Shown here: piece after piece, positions 25,563-39,020 of the stretch | Layout of the letters: each line of letters starts with the position of its first letter | Numbering within the stretch: the stretch's first letter is position 1 | Made by a program: the position numbers and the translations under genes | Assembly: GCF_030144855.1 (NCBI RefSeq) | Contig: NC_082728.1 | Coordinates: 29,884,001-29,948,000 of the forward strand | Length of the DNA: 64,000 nucleotides | From: Hypanus sabinus | Taxonomy: Eukaryota | Direction of reading: 5' to 3' | The notes under the pieces: model-generated | Databases searched by the model: none | What the model was told of the DNA's origin: nothing | The model's input: only the letters and a program-made list of their open reading frames with translations

Positions 25563-25724
25563 TCTATCAGTGCAGCAATTGCATTTGGCTACAGCAATTA
25601 TCTAATGCTCCAGTGGCAGCTGCTTATCCTTTGCCTGACTGCGTTCTTTGGTACTGTCTCCTTCATCTTTGTGGAGTGGAATGCAAAATCAAATTTCCAA
25701 GGTCACAGTTATGAGCGCATTTAA
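25563..25724 (+). CDS. MFSD11: MFSD11 last coding exon
   Basis: SISAAIAFGYSNYLMLQWQLLILCLTAFFGTVSFIFVEWNAKSNFQGHSYERI-stop. Exon lengths sum to 1356 nt, in frame. Confidence 0.95.
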   Translation, partial: SISAAIAFGYSNYLMLQWQLLILCLTAFFGTVSFIFVEWNAKSNFQGHSYERI

Positions 25725-27812
25725 TGAAGAAACCATCTTTTTGAAACAAAAGTAGTCTAAATTTTTAAGTTCTATTTTGATTCTTGAACTTGTCTGTTAA
25801 TGTAACTTGAGCATTTTAGTTTTACTGTGTAAACTTTTTCAAATATTAGTGTCACTTAAGGATCTAACTGGAGAAACTAGTAATTTCTATTGGCTTTAAC
25901 TTGAAGCTTTACACTCGTATACTATATTGGGCAAAACCATTTTGCTCAAACTTAAAACAATGCAGTCAAGAAATATTCTGATTGAAGCAGATCTGAATAT
26001 TCTAAAAATATTTAGCTGCTCTCTAAGGAATGCTGTTTTAAGCATTTCCCTGGTAGTATCCATGAGCATTATTTAGAACCAAGATTTCTTGCAAAATTGA
26101 CTTGTTACTTAATAGGCAACAATCAGATTTCATTAAAATAGGACATACTTTTGTTTATGACTCAGAAATTTGAGACATTTCCAGTTCTTTTGAATAAGGG
26201 TGAAAGGGCTTGTTCCTGTTCTAAGACTTCAGTCACTTGTTTATAAACTAAAAGTTAGATAGTTCCTATTTCACCAAATGGTACTTTAATTGGTATTGTT
26301 AGCTTTTTAGAATTTATTTTAGGAAGATGTATTTCAACGATATCATTCATAACTGATCATGACTAATCTGACAATTTTACTAATTTTAAAGTGTTGGTGA
26401 TTTATATATTGAAAACACTAATGTCTGGTGTTTTTTTTACTTCTGGTAGTCAGCTTTTAATCACTAATAATTTAGCTACAGAATTTATCCTTTTTGCTGT
26501 ATGATTGTCAATTTTTTTCAAAAATTGAGCACTTGAAATGGCTACAGGTTTATCAGTAATGACTGTAATGTAAAATTTTAAAAGGAAATGTTATAAGCGA
26601 GAAGGGATTTAAATGCTAAATTCTGTATTACATGATGTCTTTACTTGCCAGTCTCACACTTTTAGAATTGTTTGGGAATTGTATTGAGTATATTTTTGAT
26701 CCTATTTTTAACAATTTGTTTTTATAGCTACAGTCACTAGATACCAAAGCAAAATGCAGAAGTATTTTGATTTCTATAAAAGGGGAAACGTTCTTCCCTA
26801 TTTAACAAAATTGGATGTTCACCAAGTCCTTTGCAATGATCTAGGTCAGGGGTCAGCAACCTTTACCACTGAAAGAGCCACTTGGACCCGTTTCCCACAG
26901 AAAAGAAAACACTGGGAGCCGCAAAACCCGTTTGACATTTAAAATGAAATAACACTGCATACAACGTTTTGTTTTGCCTTTATGCTATGTATAAACAAAC
27001 TATAATGTGTTGCATTTATGAAATTGATGAACTCCTGCAGAGAAAACGAAATTACATTTCTGCATGCAACAAAAACATTTTGAACTCCGAAAAAAAGACG
27101 TTGGGTTGAAGGTTACTTTTAAGTAAAATACTCAACGTCTATTTGAGTCCTTCTTGTATTTATGAAAAACGCCAAACTTAAATTTGCCGCCAGCAGCAAA
27201 CCAAACATAACGTCAGCCAGCTGTCAACCTGAAAAATAAAAGGACTATTTCACTGAACAATGAAAACATATGAATATACGTAAAATAATAGGCAATTAAA
27301 ATATTTATCATACTTGTTCAGGTTGACTCACACCTGACAATTCAGTAGGGATGGATCGATGCTTAGGGGAGTGACCGGGAAGGATAATGTGTTTTTTTCC
27401 TCTCTGAACTCACAGAAGCGTTTCCCAAATGATGTTTGCATTGCGAAGATTGCAGAATGTAAATACTCCGAATTTATCATGTTGTGACCTTGTTTGAACT
27501 CTCTCAAATTGGGGAAGTGAGACAATGTGCCTTTCTGTAAACCTCTGGCAAGCAACGTCAACTTGCGCTGGAATGCCAAAACATCCTCCAACATGTGCAG
27601 GGCTGTACGTCCTTACCCCGTTGAAGAGCTGTGTTCAGCGTGTTCAGGTGCGCTGTCATGTCTACCATGAAGTGTAGCTTTTCCAGCCACTCTGACTGTT
27701 CCAGCTCAGGAAAGTTGAGCCCTTTGCTGCCCAGGAAAGTTTTCACTTCTTCCAGACACGCGACAAAGCATTTCAGCACCTCCCCTCTGGACAGCCAGCA
27801 ATAAAAACACGT

Positions 27813-28027
27813 TGTAGCGGTGTGCTACACGCAGTCAGTAAACTGCAGTCAAAGATAGCTTTATTCGAACTAAACAGCCTTGCTTTTAAGCCTCCCTCAA
27901 CCCGCCCCCCATGGGCGCGGATGCTGCAAAAGACACATACTCACAAACCCCCGTAGGCTATCTCCCTTAGCCTGAACGCTGGCTAATTGTGAGCCGGTTC
28001 GGATGTGTCAGGAAATGGGTCGCCACA
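27813..28027 (-). mobile_element. Solo LTR (215 bp) inside hAT copy 1
   Basis: TGT...ACA ends, 4-bp TSD ACGT, TATA-like TTAAAAG and AATAAA on the minus strand. Confidence 0.85.
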
Positions 28028-28132
28028 ACGTCTTATTTAGATTGTACAAGATCACCATAATCTTCAAATTTAGATTTACATTTCAAAAACTAACAAACTA
28101 ACATAAAATACATTTTAATTAAATACTGACCA

Positions 28133-28347
28133 TGTAGCGGTGTGCTGCACGCAGCGCTAAAATTACGACACGGAGTCGGTAACTGCAGTCGAAGGAAAAA
28201 ACTTTATTCGAAATCTTCAGCCTCACTTTTAAGCCTCCCTCAACCTGCCCCCCATGGCGCAGAGGCTCCAAAGCTCTGTGCTCGCAAACCCCTGTAGGCT
28301 ATCTAATTGTGAGCAGGTTCGGATGTGCCAGGAAAAGGGTCGCCACA
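28133..28347 (-). mobile_element. Second related solo LTR (215 bp), present only in hAT copy 1
   Basis: TGT...ACA ends, 4-bp TSD ACCA; the equivalent site in copy 2 is empty. Confidence 0.87.
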
Positions 28348-28443
28348 ACCAATTATTTCCCAAAGCAACAGGGAGCCGCAGCACAGACGTAAAAGAGCCA
28401 CATGTGGCTCCGGAGCCGCGGGTTGCCGACCCCCGATCTAGGT

Positions 28444-28670
28444 GATAGCAATACGTTGTAACTCAGCATCAACATTGAATCACATGGTGGTGGGTTCAAA
28501 TTCCATTCCAGAATGAGGCAGAGCTCTGATGGCAGTCAGCTTTACTTGTTCCTCAGGGTGGGTGTAATAGAACCCATGGCACTACGTCAAAGTAAGATGG
28601 GACAGTCTTCTGGTCATCATTAATCTTTTGACTAAAACCATATCTAAGGACAGATTACCTAGTCATTTTT
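28444..28670 (+). mobile_element. Old DeuSINE-like SINE remnant
   Basis: B-box-like GGTTCAAATTCC and Deu-domain-like CCCATGGCACTA...CAGATTACCTAGTCATT, by recalled consensus. Confidence 0.5.
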
Positions 28671-31600
28671 GGGGAAATGCTAGAATCCATTATTATGGAA
28701 GAGTTAACACGATATTTAAATTATGAAATGTCAACTGTTTACTCTTTTCTGTAGATGCGGCTTGACGTGCTGAGTACCTCCAGCATTTTGTGTGTGTTGC
28801 TTTGGACTTCCAGCATCGGCAGATTTTCTCATGTTTGAGGGGGAGTTAAATTTATAGCATGGAGCAGAGTCATCAGGCATTGTGGAAAAACACATTGTAG
28901 ATGAAAGGATAACTGCCTAACTAGTGTATGTAGATTTTCAACCAGCCTTTCAAAAGATTAGTAAACTAAATTGAAGTGTATAAAATTGGGGAAGAATGCT
29001 GGGGAGGGTTGACAGATTTATCAAAAGAAAACCATTGGAACACCAGAATCATTTTAGGGAGGCTGTGATTGGTGGGTGCTGTGGTCCCAGCTGTTGCAAT
29101 ATATTTCATTGATTTGGATGTTGGGTCCAAGTGTAACATATCTAGTTTGCTGATATAAATCAGAAATCTGAAAGGAAGTGTGACGAAGATAGAGAAACAT
29201 GAGAGAGATGCAGATGAGCTCTGTGAGGATGTCGCAGATGGATTATAATGTAATGAAATGTGACATCATCCACTTTTACAGGTTGAATGATGTTGGTGTG
29301 CAGAGGGATTTGGGTGTCCTTGAGTAGTTCAGAATGCAAATGATATATAATAGTTCAGAATTCAAATGAAATATTGGGCTTTATTGCCAAAGAATTTGAA
29401 TACAATATAATTGTATTGCACCCTGGTAATACCACACCTTCAATATTAGATAAAGTTTGGTCTAACTGAAGAAAGGTTATTTCCTTCATATTTTCAACTA
29501 TGCAATTTTGGTATGTATCAATTACATGACCTGAAATTATAATTTGTGATTATCATGTACATGATGAGATTTGGCCTCATTGTCTTCTATGTCTTACATC
29601 AATCTATCTGCATACACTGGACGCTGTCTTCAATTTATAGAGACTTGTTTATTAAGTTGTTTGGATTGTGATTTACATTCCTTGATGCAGCTGGAAACTG
29701 TGACATTTTTGGTGTTTCATTGAATAAATTAAGTAACTTTATTTTTTCTTATTGAAGATCTGTATTTTTTCTTTCAATGCATTGTTTATTGATTAAATTA
29801 TTAACAAGACTACAAACAGAAGTGAACCTCATGGAGATTAATAGGCTGAAACTAATTTTAATACTCGAAGAAGGAATATGAAATGAGGATTTGGTGCTAT
29901 TCCAAAATCCTGATTGTTCCTGCTGATTTATGGCAACATTTGCAAGGGATGATTTTTGTGAGATTGGCAAGAAAATTGAGCATAATCCGCATCATTTCTA
30001 CCAAGATCAGTTTGTGTTGAGATGAAGTTGACAATGTGACTAAACAAAGATCTGTGGAGAATGAATAGATCGACTATGATAAAATCTAGTTATAATTAGC
30101 TCTGGAAACATTGTTCAACTACCAACAAAGTTTTCTATGATTTTTTTTTTTATTTAGTGCCATTAAATGGATCTTGGACTAAATTAGAATTTCTATATTT
30201 TAGTATCCATTAATCCCAAAATATTTTCCAATAAATCCTGTTGTACATTTAACAACCTTATCATTCAACATGATTGCATCAAACTCTTTTCCAATTTGAT
30301 TATTAAAATGTCAGAACTTAATGCATCATTGGAATTGCTTTCTGATGCCTTGGTTTCTCTCGTTTAGTTGATATTGTATTAAATTAAAATATCTGACGTT
30401 TATTGGCTTTGAATTAGCTTTGTTCCACATACCTTGTCCAATGACATCAGGTGTGGTTAAAGTCAGAGATTCTTTTGGAGTTGTGGGGAGGGTGGTGGTT
30501 TTGATAAGGAACGAAGTTGCCTCATTCCTTTAATCAAAGGACTCCTGCTGAATGCATTTTAATGCGAAAATAGGCTCAAACGGTGCTTCAAAATGCTAAT
30601 TTGGGAACAAAAGGGATTTTCTGCTATTGGACCAAGTACATTTTTAGTGTAATTTGGGCAAAGTGCTTGATATTTTAAAATTATGCTGCTAATCTTCAGT
30701 CTGTGACAAGTTTATCCAGATGTTATGCAAGAAAAAATATGTAAATGTTCTATATATTTGATCTTTTACATTACAATATATGACATGATTTTTAAAAAAT
30801 ATTAATTTCTTTTGCCAGTGAGTGGAATGTTTTTGAATTGGATGTTATTATGCCTTTGTCAGAAATGTACTAAGCATATTAGATAAATTGAGTAATGGAA
30901 CATATATTTTATTTGAAAATGTTGTAGACTAAGCATTCCATACCAATCTGCAGATTGTGATCCATTGTGACTTTTGTATCAAAGTGTGCAATATTTACAG
31001 TAATTTTGTATAATAAATTTATTGAACTTCATAAATTGCTCTGTATTTATTAATGTATAGTAATTGACTGTAATTATCTGTAAACCACTAAGATAGGAAT
31101 AATGCATTTTTATCAATTAACCAAATTCTTGTCAACAGGGTGATATAATTAAAACTTGCAGCAATGGGCTGGCTCCTTCATTATTTGTACAAATTATGGA
31201 ATGGAAAATATGAGACATCATCACTAGTAAAAGTCAAACAATGAAAATTCTTTGAATCTCAAAACACTGTTGGCACAAAAATAATGTTGCATTTTAAAAA
31301 GGACATGAAATGGATACCATCCAAGTATTTCAGATATTGATAGTAATATTCCAAGTAAATATCATGAGGCAGGGCAGAGTTAAGTCTGAGTCTCCCTTCC
31401 AGACAGTTTAAAGGTGAGAGTTGAAACACTGTTAGACTATCAATCAAGCAATTAAAGTGGTACATATATTCTTGGAGTTGATCTGATTTTTGCCCCAGAA
31501 GGTATTGGAATAAGTGTAAGAAAATGGGAACCAGAATAGGCTATCTTTGCCCTCAGTCCTGCCCTGCCATTCAAAATGATCATGGCAGAATAGTCCCAGC

Positions 31601-31779
31601 TTCAGTAATTTTGTGCCAGTTCTGGATAACCTCAGTTCCATGCTCTTTCAAAAATTTGCTTCCTCTTCAGATACGTTCAGTGCTGACAGGGTTATCAAGA
31701 GGTACTAGATGGACACAGATTTTTTGGTTTATCACATTCACACTGACCATCAACCAACTACTTAAATTATTCTTACATT

Positions 31780-32020
31780 AATCACACCCTTTATTGTTCC
31801 CATTAATAATGGGGACATGGTAGAATTCTCTCGATTCTACCATTCACCTGCCCACTGCGACAATTTACAGAGGCCAAGTTTTGGGATGTGGGAGGAAATT
31901 TGAAAGTCATGGAGTCACAGTGAGAATATGCAAATTCCACACAAAATGCCCAAGGTCAGGATTGAAGTTGGGTCACTGACAGTAGAAGATTGCAGGTTGA
32001 ATAGCTGTGTCACTGTCTGC
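31780..32020 (-). mobile_element. V-SINE-like SINE remnant
   Basis: Reverse strand shows a tRNA-like head with B box and a V-domain-like TTTCCTCCCACATCCCAAAA. Confidence 0.5.
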
Positions 32021-32149
32021 CTACATCCTCGGAGGTACAGAATTACAGTGATTCACAATCCTGTGCCACACATATAATTGGAAGTCTATGGGGTGTCTGG
32101 TGCTGTGTATAATGGACATCTTATTCTGGTCATTCCCCACTTAATCATG

Positions 32150-35100
32150 TAGAAACATAGAAAATAAGTGCAGGCGTAGGCCATTTGGCCCTTCAAGCCT
32201 GCACTGCCATTCAGTATGATCATGGCTGATCATCCAACTCAGAACCCTGTACCTGTTTTCTCTCCATACCCCCTGATCCCTTTAGCCACAAGGGCCATAT
32301 CTAACTTCCTCTTAAATATAGCCAATGAACCAGCCTCAACTGTTTCCTGTGGTAGAGAATTCCACAGATTCACCGCTCTCTGTGTGAAGAAGTTTTTCCT
32401 CATCTTGGTCCAAGAAGGCTTCCCCTTTATCCTTAAACTGTGACCACCTCATTCTGGACTTCCTCAACATCAGAAACAATCTTTCTGCATCTAGCCTGTC
32501 CAATCCCTTTAGAATTTTATACGTTTCAATAAGATCCCCCCTCAATCTTCTAAATTCCAGTGAGTATAAGCCTAGTCGATCCAATCTTTCTTCATTTGAA
32601 AGTCCTGCCATTCCAGGAATCAATTTGGTGAACCTTCTCTGTACTCCCTCTATGGCAAGAATGTCTTTCCTCAGATTAGGGGACCAAAACTGCACACAAT
32701 ATTCTAGTTGCGGTCTCACCAAGGCCTTGTACAACTGCAGTAGAACCTCTCTGCTCCTGTACTCAAATCCTTTTGCTATGAATGCCAACATACCATTTGC
32801 CTTTTTCACCGCCTGCTGTACCTGCATGCCCACCTTCAGTGACTGGTGTACAATGACACCCAGGTCTCATTGCATCTCCCCTTTTCCTAATCGGCCACCA
32901 TTCAGATAATAATCTGTTTTCCTGTTCTTGCAACCAAAGTGGATAACCTCACATTTATCCACATTAAATTGCATCTGCCTTGAATTTGCCCACTCACCTA
33001 ACCTATCCAAGTCACCCTGCATCCTCTAAGCATCCTCCTCACAGCTTACACCACCGCCTAGCTTCGTGTCATCCGCAAACTTAGAAATGCTGCATTTAAT
33101 TCCCTCGTCTAAATCATTAATATATATTGTAAACAACTGGGGTCCCAGCACTGAGCCTTGTGGTACCCCACTAGTCACTGCCTGCCATTCTGAAAAGGTC
33201 CCATTTACTCCCACTCTTTGCTTCCTGTCTGCCAACCAATTCTCTATCCACATCAATACCATACCCCCAATATCGTGTGCTTTAAGTTTGCACACTAATC
33301 TCCTGTGTGGGACCTTGTCAAAAGCCTTTTGAAAATCTAAATATACCACATCCACTGGCTCTCCCCTATCCACTCTACTAGTTACATCTTCAAAAAATTC
33401 TATAAGATTCGTCAGACATGATTTTCCTTTCACAAATCCATGCTGACTTTGTCTGATGATTTCACCTCTTTCCAAATGTGGTGTTATCACATCTTTGATA
33501 ACCGACTCTAGTATTTTCCCCACCTCCGATGTCAGACTAACCGGTCTATAATTCCCCAGTTTCTCTCTCCCTTTTTTAAAAAGTGGGGTTACATTAGCCA
33601 CCCTCCAATCCTCAGGAACTAATCCAGAATCTAAGGATTTTGAAAAATTATCACTAATGCATCCACTATTTCTTGGGCTACTTCCTTAAGCACTCTGGGA
33701 TGCAGACCATCTGGCCCTGGGGATTTATCTGCCTTTAATCCCTTCAATTTACCTAAACCACTTCCCTACTATCATGTATTTCCCTCAGTTCCTCCATCTC
33801 ACTAGACCCTTACTATTTCCGGAAGATTATTTATGTCCTCCTTAGTGATGACAGAACGACAGAACCAAAGTAGTCATTCAATTGGTTTGCCATGTCTTTG
33901 TTCCCTATGATCAATTCACCTGTTTCTGACTGTAAAGGACCTACATTTGTCTTGACCAATCTTTTTCTTTTCACGTATCTATAAAAGCTTTTACAGTCAG
34001 CTTTTATGTTCCCTGCCAGCTTTCTCTCATAATCTTTTTCCCCTTTCCTAATTGAGCCCTTTGTCCTCCTCTGCTGGTCTCTGAATTTCTCACAGTCCTC
34101 AGGTGTGCCACTTTTTTTTGCTGATTTATATGTTTCTTCTTTGGCCTTGATACTATCCCTAATTTCCCTTGTCAGCCACGGCTCCACTACCTTCCCTGGT
34201 TTATTCTTTTGCCAAACTGGGATGAACAATTGTTGTAGTTCATCCATGCGATCTTTAAATGCTTGCCATTGCATATCCACCGTCAACCCTTGAAGTATCA
34301 TTTGCCAGTCTATCTTAGCTAACTCACGTCTCATACCTTCAAAGTTACCCTTCTTTAAGTTCAGAACCTTTGTTTCTGAATTAACTATGTCACTCTCCAT
34401 CTTAATGAAGAATTCCACCATATTATGGTCACTCTTACCCAAGGGGCCTCGCACGACAAGATTGCTAACTAACCCTTCCTCATTGCTCAATACCCAATCT
34501 AGAATGGCCTGCTCTCTAGTTGGTTCCTCGACATGTTGGTTCAGAAAACCATCCCACATACATTCCAAGAAATCCTCTTCCTCAGCAGCCTTACCAATTT
34601 GGTTCACCCAACCTATATGTAGATTGAGGTCACCCATTATAATTACTGTTCCTTTATTGCACGCATTTCTAATTTCCTGTGTAATGCCATCCCCAACCTC
34701 ACTACTACTGTTAGGTGGCCTGTACACAACTCCCACCAGCGTCTTCTGCTCCTTAGTGTTATGCAGCTCTGCCCATATCGATTCCACATCCTCCAGGCTA
34801 ATGTCCGTCCTTTCTATTGCGTTAATCTCCTCTCTAACCAGCAATGCTACCCCACCTCCTTTTCTTTCCTGTCTATCCCTCCTGAATATTGAATATCCCT
34901 GGATGTTGAGCTCCCATCCTTGGTCACCCTGGAGCCATGTCTCTGTGATCCCAACTATATCATATTCATTAATAACTATCTGCACATTCAATTCATCCAC
35001 CTTGTTACGAATGCTCCTCGCATTGACACACAAAGCCTTCAGGCTAGTTTTTACAACCCTCTTAGCCCTTATACAATTATGTTGAAAAGTGGCTCTTTTT

Positions 35101-36873
35101 ACTTTTTGCCCTGGATTTGCCTGCCTGCCACTTTTACTTTTCACCTTACTACTTTTTGCTTCTACCCTCATTTTACACCCCTCTGTCTCTCTGCATTTGT
35201 TCCCATCCCCCTGCCACATTAGTTTAAAGCCTCCTGAACAGCAGTAGCAAACGCTCCCCCTAGGACATCGGTTCCAGTCCAGCCCAGGTGCAGACTGTCT
35301 TGTTTATACCGGTCCCACCTCCCCCAGACCTGGTTCCAGTGCCCCAGAAATTTGAATCCCTCCCCCTTGCACCATTTTTCAAGCCACGTATTCATCTGAA
35401 ATATCCTCCTATTTCTACTCTGACTAGCATGTGACACTGGTAGTAATCCAGAGATTATTACCTTTGTGGTCCTACTTTTTAGTTTATCTGCTAACTCCCT
35501 AAATTCACCTTGTAGGACCTCATCCCGTTTTTTACCTATATCATTGGTACCTATGTGCACCACGACCACTGGCTGTTCACCCTCCCATTCCAGAATGTCC
35601 TGCAGCCGCTCAGAGACATCCTTGACCCTTGCACCAGGGAGGCAACATACCATCCTGGAGTCTCGTTTGCAGCTGCAGAAACACCTATCTACTCCCCTTA
35701 AATCGAATCCCCTGTCACTATAGCTCTCCCACTCCTTTTCCTGCCCTCCTGTGCTGCAGAGCCACCCATGGTGCAATGAACTCAGCTGCTGCTGCCTTCC
35801 CCTGATGAGACATCTCCCCCAACATTATCCAAAACAGTATATCTGTTTAGGAGGGAGATGACCTCAGGGGACTCCTGCTCTACCTGCCTACTGCTACGCT
35901 GTCTAGTGGCCACCCCTTCCCTTTCTGCCTGTGTAGCCTTTACCTGCGGTGTGGCCAACTCACTGAACGAGCTATTCACGACTTTCTCAGCATCGAGGAT
36001 GCTCCAGTATGAATCCAATCGCAGCTCCAGATGCTCAATGCGGTCTGCCAGAAGCTGCAATTGGACACACTTCCTGCACACATAGTCGTCAGGGACACTG
36101 GAAGTAACCCTGATTTCCCACATGCTGCAGGATGAACAAACCACAGGGCCGATCTCAGCTGCCGTGACCTACCCAATACTTGCCTCAACTTTTGAAACTT
36201 TCTCCTTTGAAAGGAACTTATCCGGCCTCACCTCACTTGGAGGGAAGCTCGTCCGCAACCTCTTCTCGTCGAAGCCTCTCGAGTCAAAGCCTCAAATCTC
36301 CAATCCTTCACTGGCCCACCAACTCACTAGCCACTTTCCACAGGCCACTCTGCTTGAGGTAACCCTCTATTTATTTGTTTGAGCTTTTCAAACTGCTTGG
36401 TCACCTGACCTCGACTGCCCAATTAGCTGCTTTCTGCTGAGTCTGAGCTATTCAAATTTTGATTGTCTAATCAACGGCTTTCTGTTGAGCTATTCAAATC
36501 TCGATTGACTTGATTGCATAGTCCAACTGCCAAAACTGCCAGAATCTCTCGAGTCAAAGCCTCGAATCTCCACTCCTTCACTGGCCCGCTCACTCACTGG
36601 CTGCTTTCCACAGGCCGCTCCGCTTGAGGTAACCCTCTATTTATTTGTTTGAGCTTTTCAAACTGCTTGGTCACCTGACCTCGATTGCCCAATCAGCTGT
36701 TTTCTGCTGAGCTATTCAAATTTTGATTGTCTAATCAACAGCTTTCTGCTGAGCTATTCAAATCTTGATTAACTTGATTGCACAGTCCAACCGCCAAAAC
36801 TGCCAGAATCTCTCGAGTCAAAGCCTCAAATCTCCACTCCTTCACTGGCCCACTCACTGACTGGCCGCTTTCC
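32150..36873 (-). mobile_element. Full-length CR1 LINE with frameshifted ORF1 and ORF2
   Basis: ORF1 zinc finger/coiled coil (CSSC...CRKC...LELRL) plus SGNH esterase (VCCLPGARV, HIGTND); ORF2 APE (CVNARSI, GITETW, GDLN, SDH) and RT ([25 protein letters not shown]); 3' TTCTATG-type tail; 5' tandem monomers. Confidence 0.95.
36276..36873 (-). repeat. Tandem ~265-270 bp monomers at the CR1 5' end (2 full plus 1 partial)
   Basis: CTCTCGAGTCAAAGCCTC recurs at 36276, 36546 and 36810. Confidence 0.92.
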
Positions 36874-37940
36874 ACTCCCCCATCCTTGCCCCACAGAAAC
36901 AATGAGGAATTCTCCAATAATTTGACTGCACAACTGCATTCTTAAGGCTAAACCTATTTAAGTGAACATTAAGTATTTTGTCCCAAAAAAATCCAGTCAA
37001 TAGAACTGGTCTAATTTGTTAGGGTATATTATGGAGTTGTGGTATATAGCAAATATTAATTTCAACAGCAGCCACTCTTCAGACCTGAACATGGATTGTA
37101 CATTGAATTTGAAAGACAGCCCTGAACAATGGTGTTCTTGGAACTGCATTTTGGGGTTGATAGTAAACAGAAGTACTACATTTGACCTCAGAGGCCTTCG
37201 TATGTTTGAATGTGGTCCAGAGTCAGTGCGAATTAACATTCATTTTGGGTAGCTAAAGAGTGGGTGTGAAAATGGAGATGTTTGAAAATTATATGCAATT
37301 CAACTGAAGCATTGTGGATGCATTGTAACTTTAGAATTGCCCTCCTGTTAGCTCTTATCTTTAGCATGTTTCGCTGCTTTGAATCTACCAGTAAAACACT
37401 CTCAGTGATCTCATTCACGCTACAACATTCACCAGCTTCAGTGTCTCTCTAGTGACTTTGTTCAGTCACAACGCAGGTTTTTAGCGAACCACTGAGAATA
37501 TTAAAAATTGCAGAAAACTTTCAATGCAATATTAGCACATAAACTCAATTTAAAGATAAATTTCACCCAGGATTTTATGCAATATTTAAAATTATGAAAT
37601 GTGTTTTACCTTTGCATTTCCCAATCGAGGTGACATCATCTTTATGAACTATTATTGTAGTTATTGTAGCCTTTACTCAATATGAAATTCCTGCAGTTGA
37701 TGTCAACGTTAATATTTTAATTAAAATGTTATTGGATGTATACCAGTTTGTTCAGAATAATAGCATTTTAGATGATGTAGACCTTCCAATGATCTTAGAC
37801 TATGTGTGTTAAATACACAAAACACATGAGAAAGACAATTTGTTCCTAGGTAATTCCAAAGCTGTAACTTCTTGGGTAAGGACCAAATGCATGATTTAAA
37901 AAAAAAGATAAAAATCTATGTGTAATTCCCTTAAACAGCT

Positions 37941-39020
37941 GTGACATTTCTGCTGCTGGACCATCGAGTCATCAGCCAGGTCCATCCGTCTCCAGATGTT
38001 TCGTCCCCTAACCCGGAACATCCTCGGGATGGTGGGACAGCAGAAGGTGATCAATCTTCATACCTTGCAAGCTTCCTCTCGTGGGCCTCTTGGCATCGGG
38101 TCTCCCATGGTACTGCTAGTTCTATCACCGCGAGCTTCTTTGCACTCCCTGACAATAGTAGAACATCTGGTCGAAGTGTGGTCTTTACTATTGGTGGGAA
38201 CACCAGCTTCTTTTCAAGATCGACCTTCATCTCCCAGGCCTTTGCCATGCCCAGGAGACCGTCTCTGCGCTTGTTTGTTGCTGCAGCAGGTTCCCCAGTC
38301 CGGATGAAGTTGATAAAGTTTGGTTGACTGTCCTTTTTGTGGTCCTTTTTCCTCTCTGTCTCCAAAATGTGGGCCACTGCTCTCAAAACCTGGTCGTGTC
38401 TCTATCAACCATCCCTGGAAAAGGGCAACCTGGCATGAAGAACGAATATGCTCTAGGTTGGCTGATTTCTGGCACAGATGTCATGTTGTGTCTTCTGTTA
38501 TTCCCCAGCTCTGCTGGTTTGTTGGAGTTGGTAGTACATCGTACACAGCCCTCAGTAAGAACTGAAGTTGGAAAGATGTATATTTCCATATGTCATCCCA
38601 TGTCAACACTCTCTGTTCTGTTTCCCACTTTGTCCAGGTCTCTTGACTCCCTATCTCCACTGCTTGCACATATCTAGCTGCCTCCTCTTCCTTCCTTATC
38701 TCCTGCTGGATCAAGTGCCGTCTGTCCTTAGGGTTGGACTACCTCCACCTGGTTGTTGACTGACATCCCAGACCTTGTCTGCCCTCGCACACTACTCTGA
38801 CAATGTCTCTGTGGCAAAGTTGGGACTCTGCTTCTTCTACTGCCTCTGCCACCTTCCATTTACTCCCTGTCTGTATCTTGACTCCTGCTTCACTGACCTT
38901 GTCGTCCTTGAAGTCTTTGAGGGTCACGATGAGGCGTGCTTTCCCTGCCTTAAATTCCTCTACAACTGAGGAGAGGGGCAACCGGAGAACTTTAACATCA
39001 GAACTTTGTAAATTGGAATA
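37941..39020 (-). mobile_element. Hero-like non-LTR retrotransposon fragment with restriction-like endonuclease
   Basis: LRPDVLLLS...VIELAVPWE...HERKLARY (PD-(D/E)xK-type RLE); degenerate CCHC knuckle *HLCQKSANLEHIRSSC; FLLRAVYDVLPTPTN. Confidence 0.82.

Larger units (their letters stand above)
26847..28435 (-). mobile_element. hAT (Charlie/Buster-like) non-autonomous element, copy 1
   Basis: TIRs CAGGGGTCAGCAACC / GGTTGCCGACCCCCG; perfect 8-bp TSD ATCTAGGT (26839-26846, 28436-28443); internal Charlie/GTF2IRD2-like transposase fragment FPELEQSEWLEKLHFMVDMTAHLNTLN. Confidence 0.93.

Noticed and set aside
25725-31020. MFSD11 polyadenylation site
   Set aside because: Several candidates (ATTAAA 26132, AATAAA 29723, AATAAA about 31012) cannot be distinguished without transcript data.
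34387-35085. 232-aa plus-strand ORF
   Set aside because: Antisense to the CR1 ORF2 endonuclease; no independent gene features.
36276-36873. CRISPR-like or satellite array
   Set aside because: Eukaryotic context, no repeat-spacer structure; the units adjoin the CR1 5' end.
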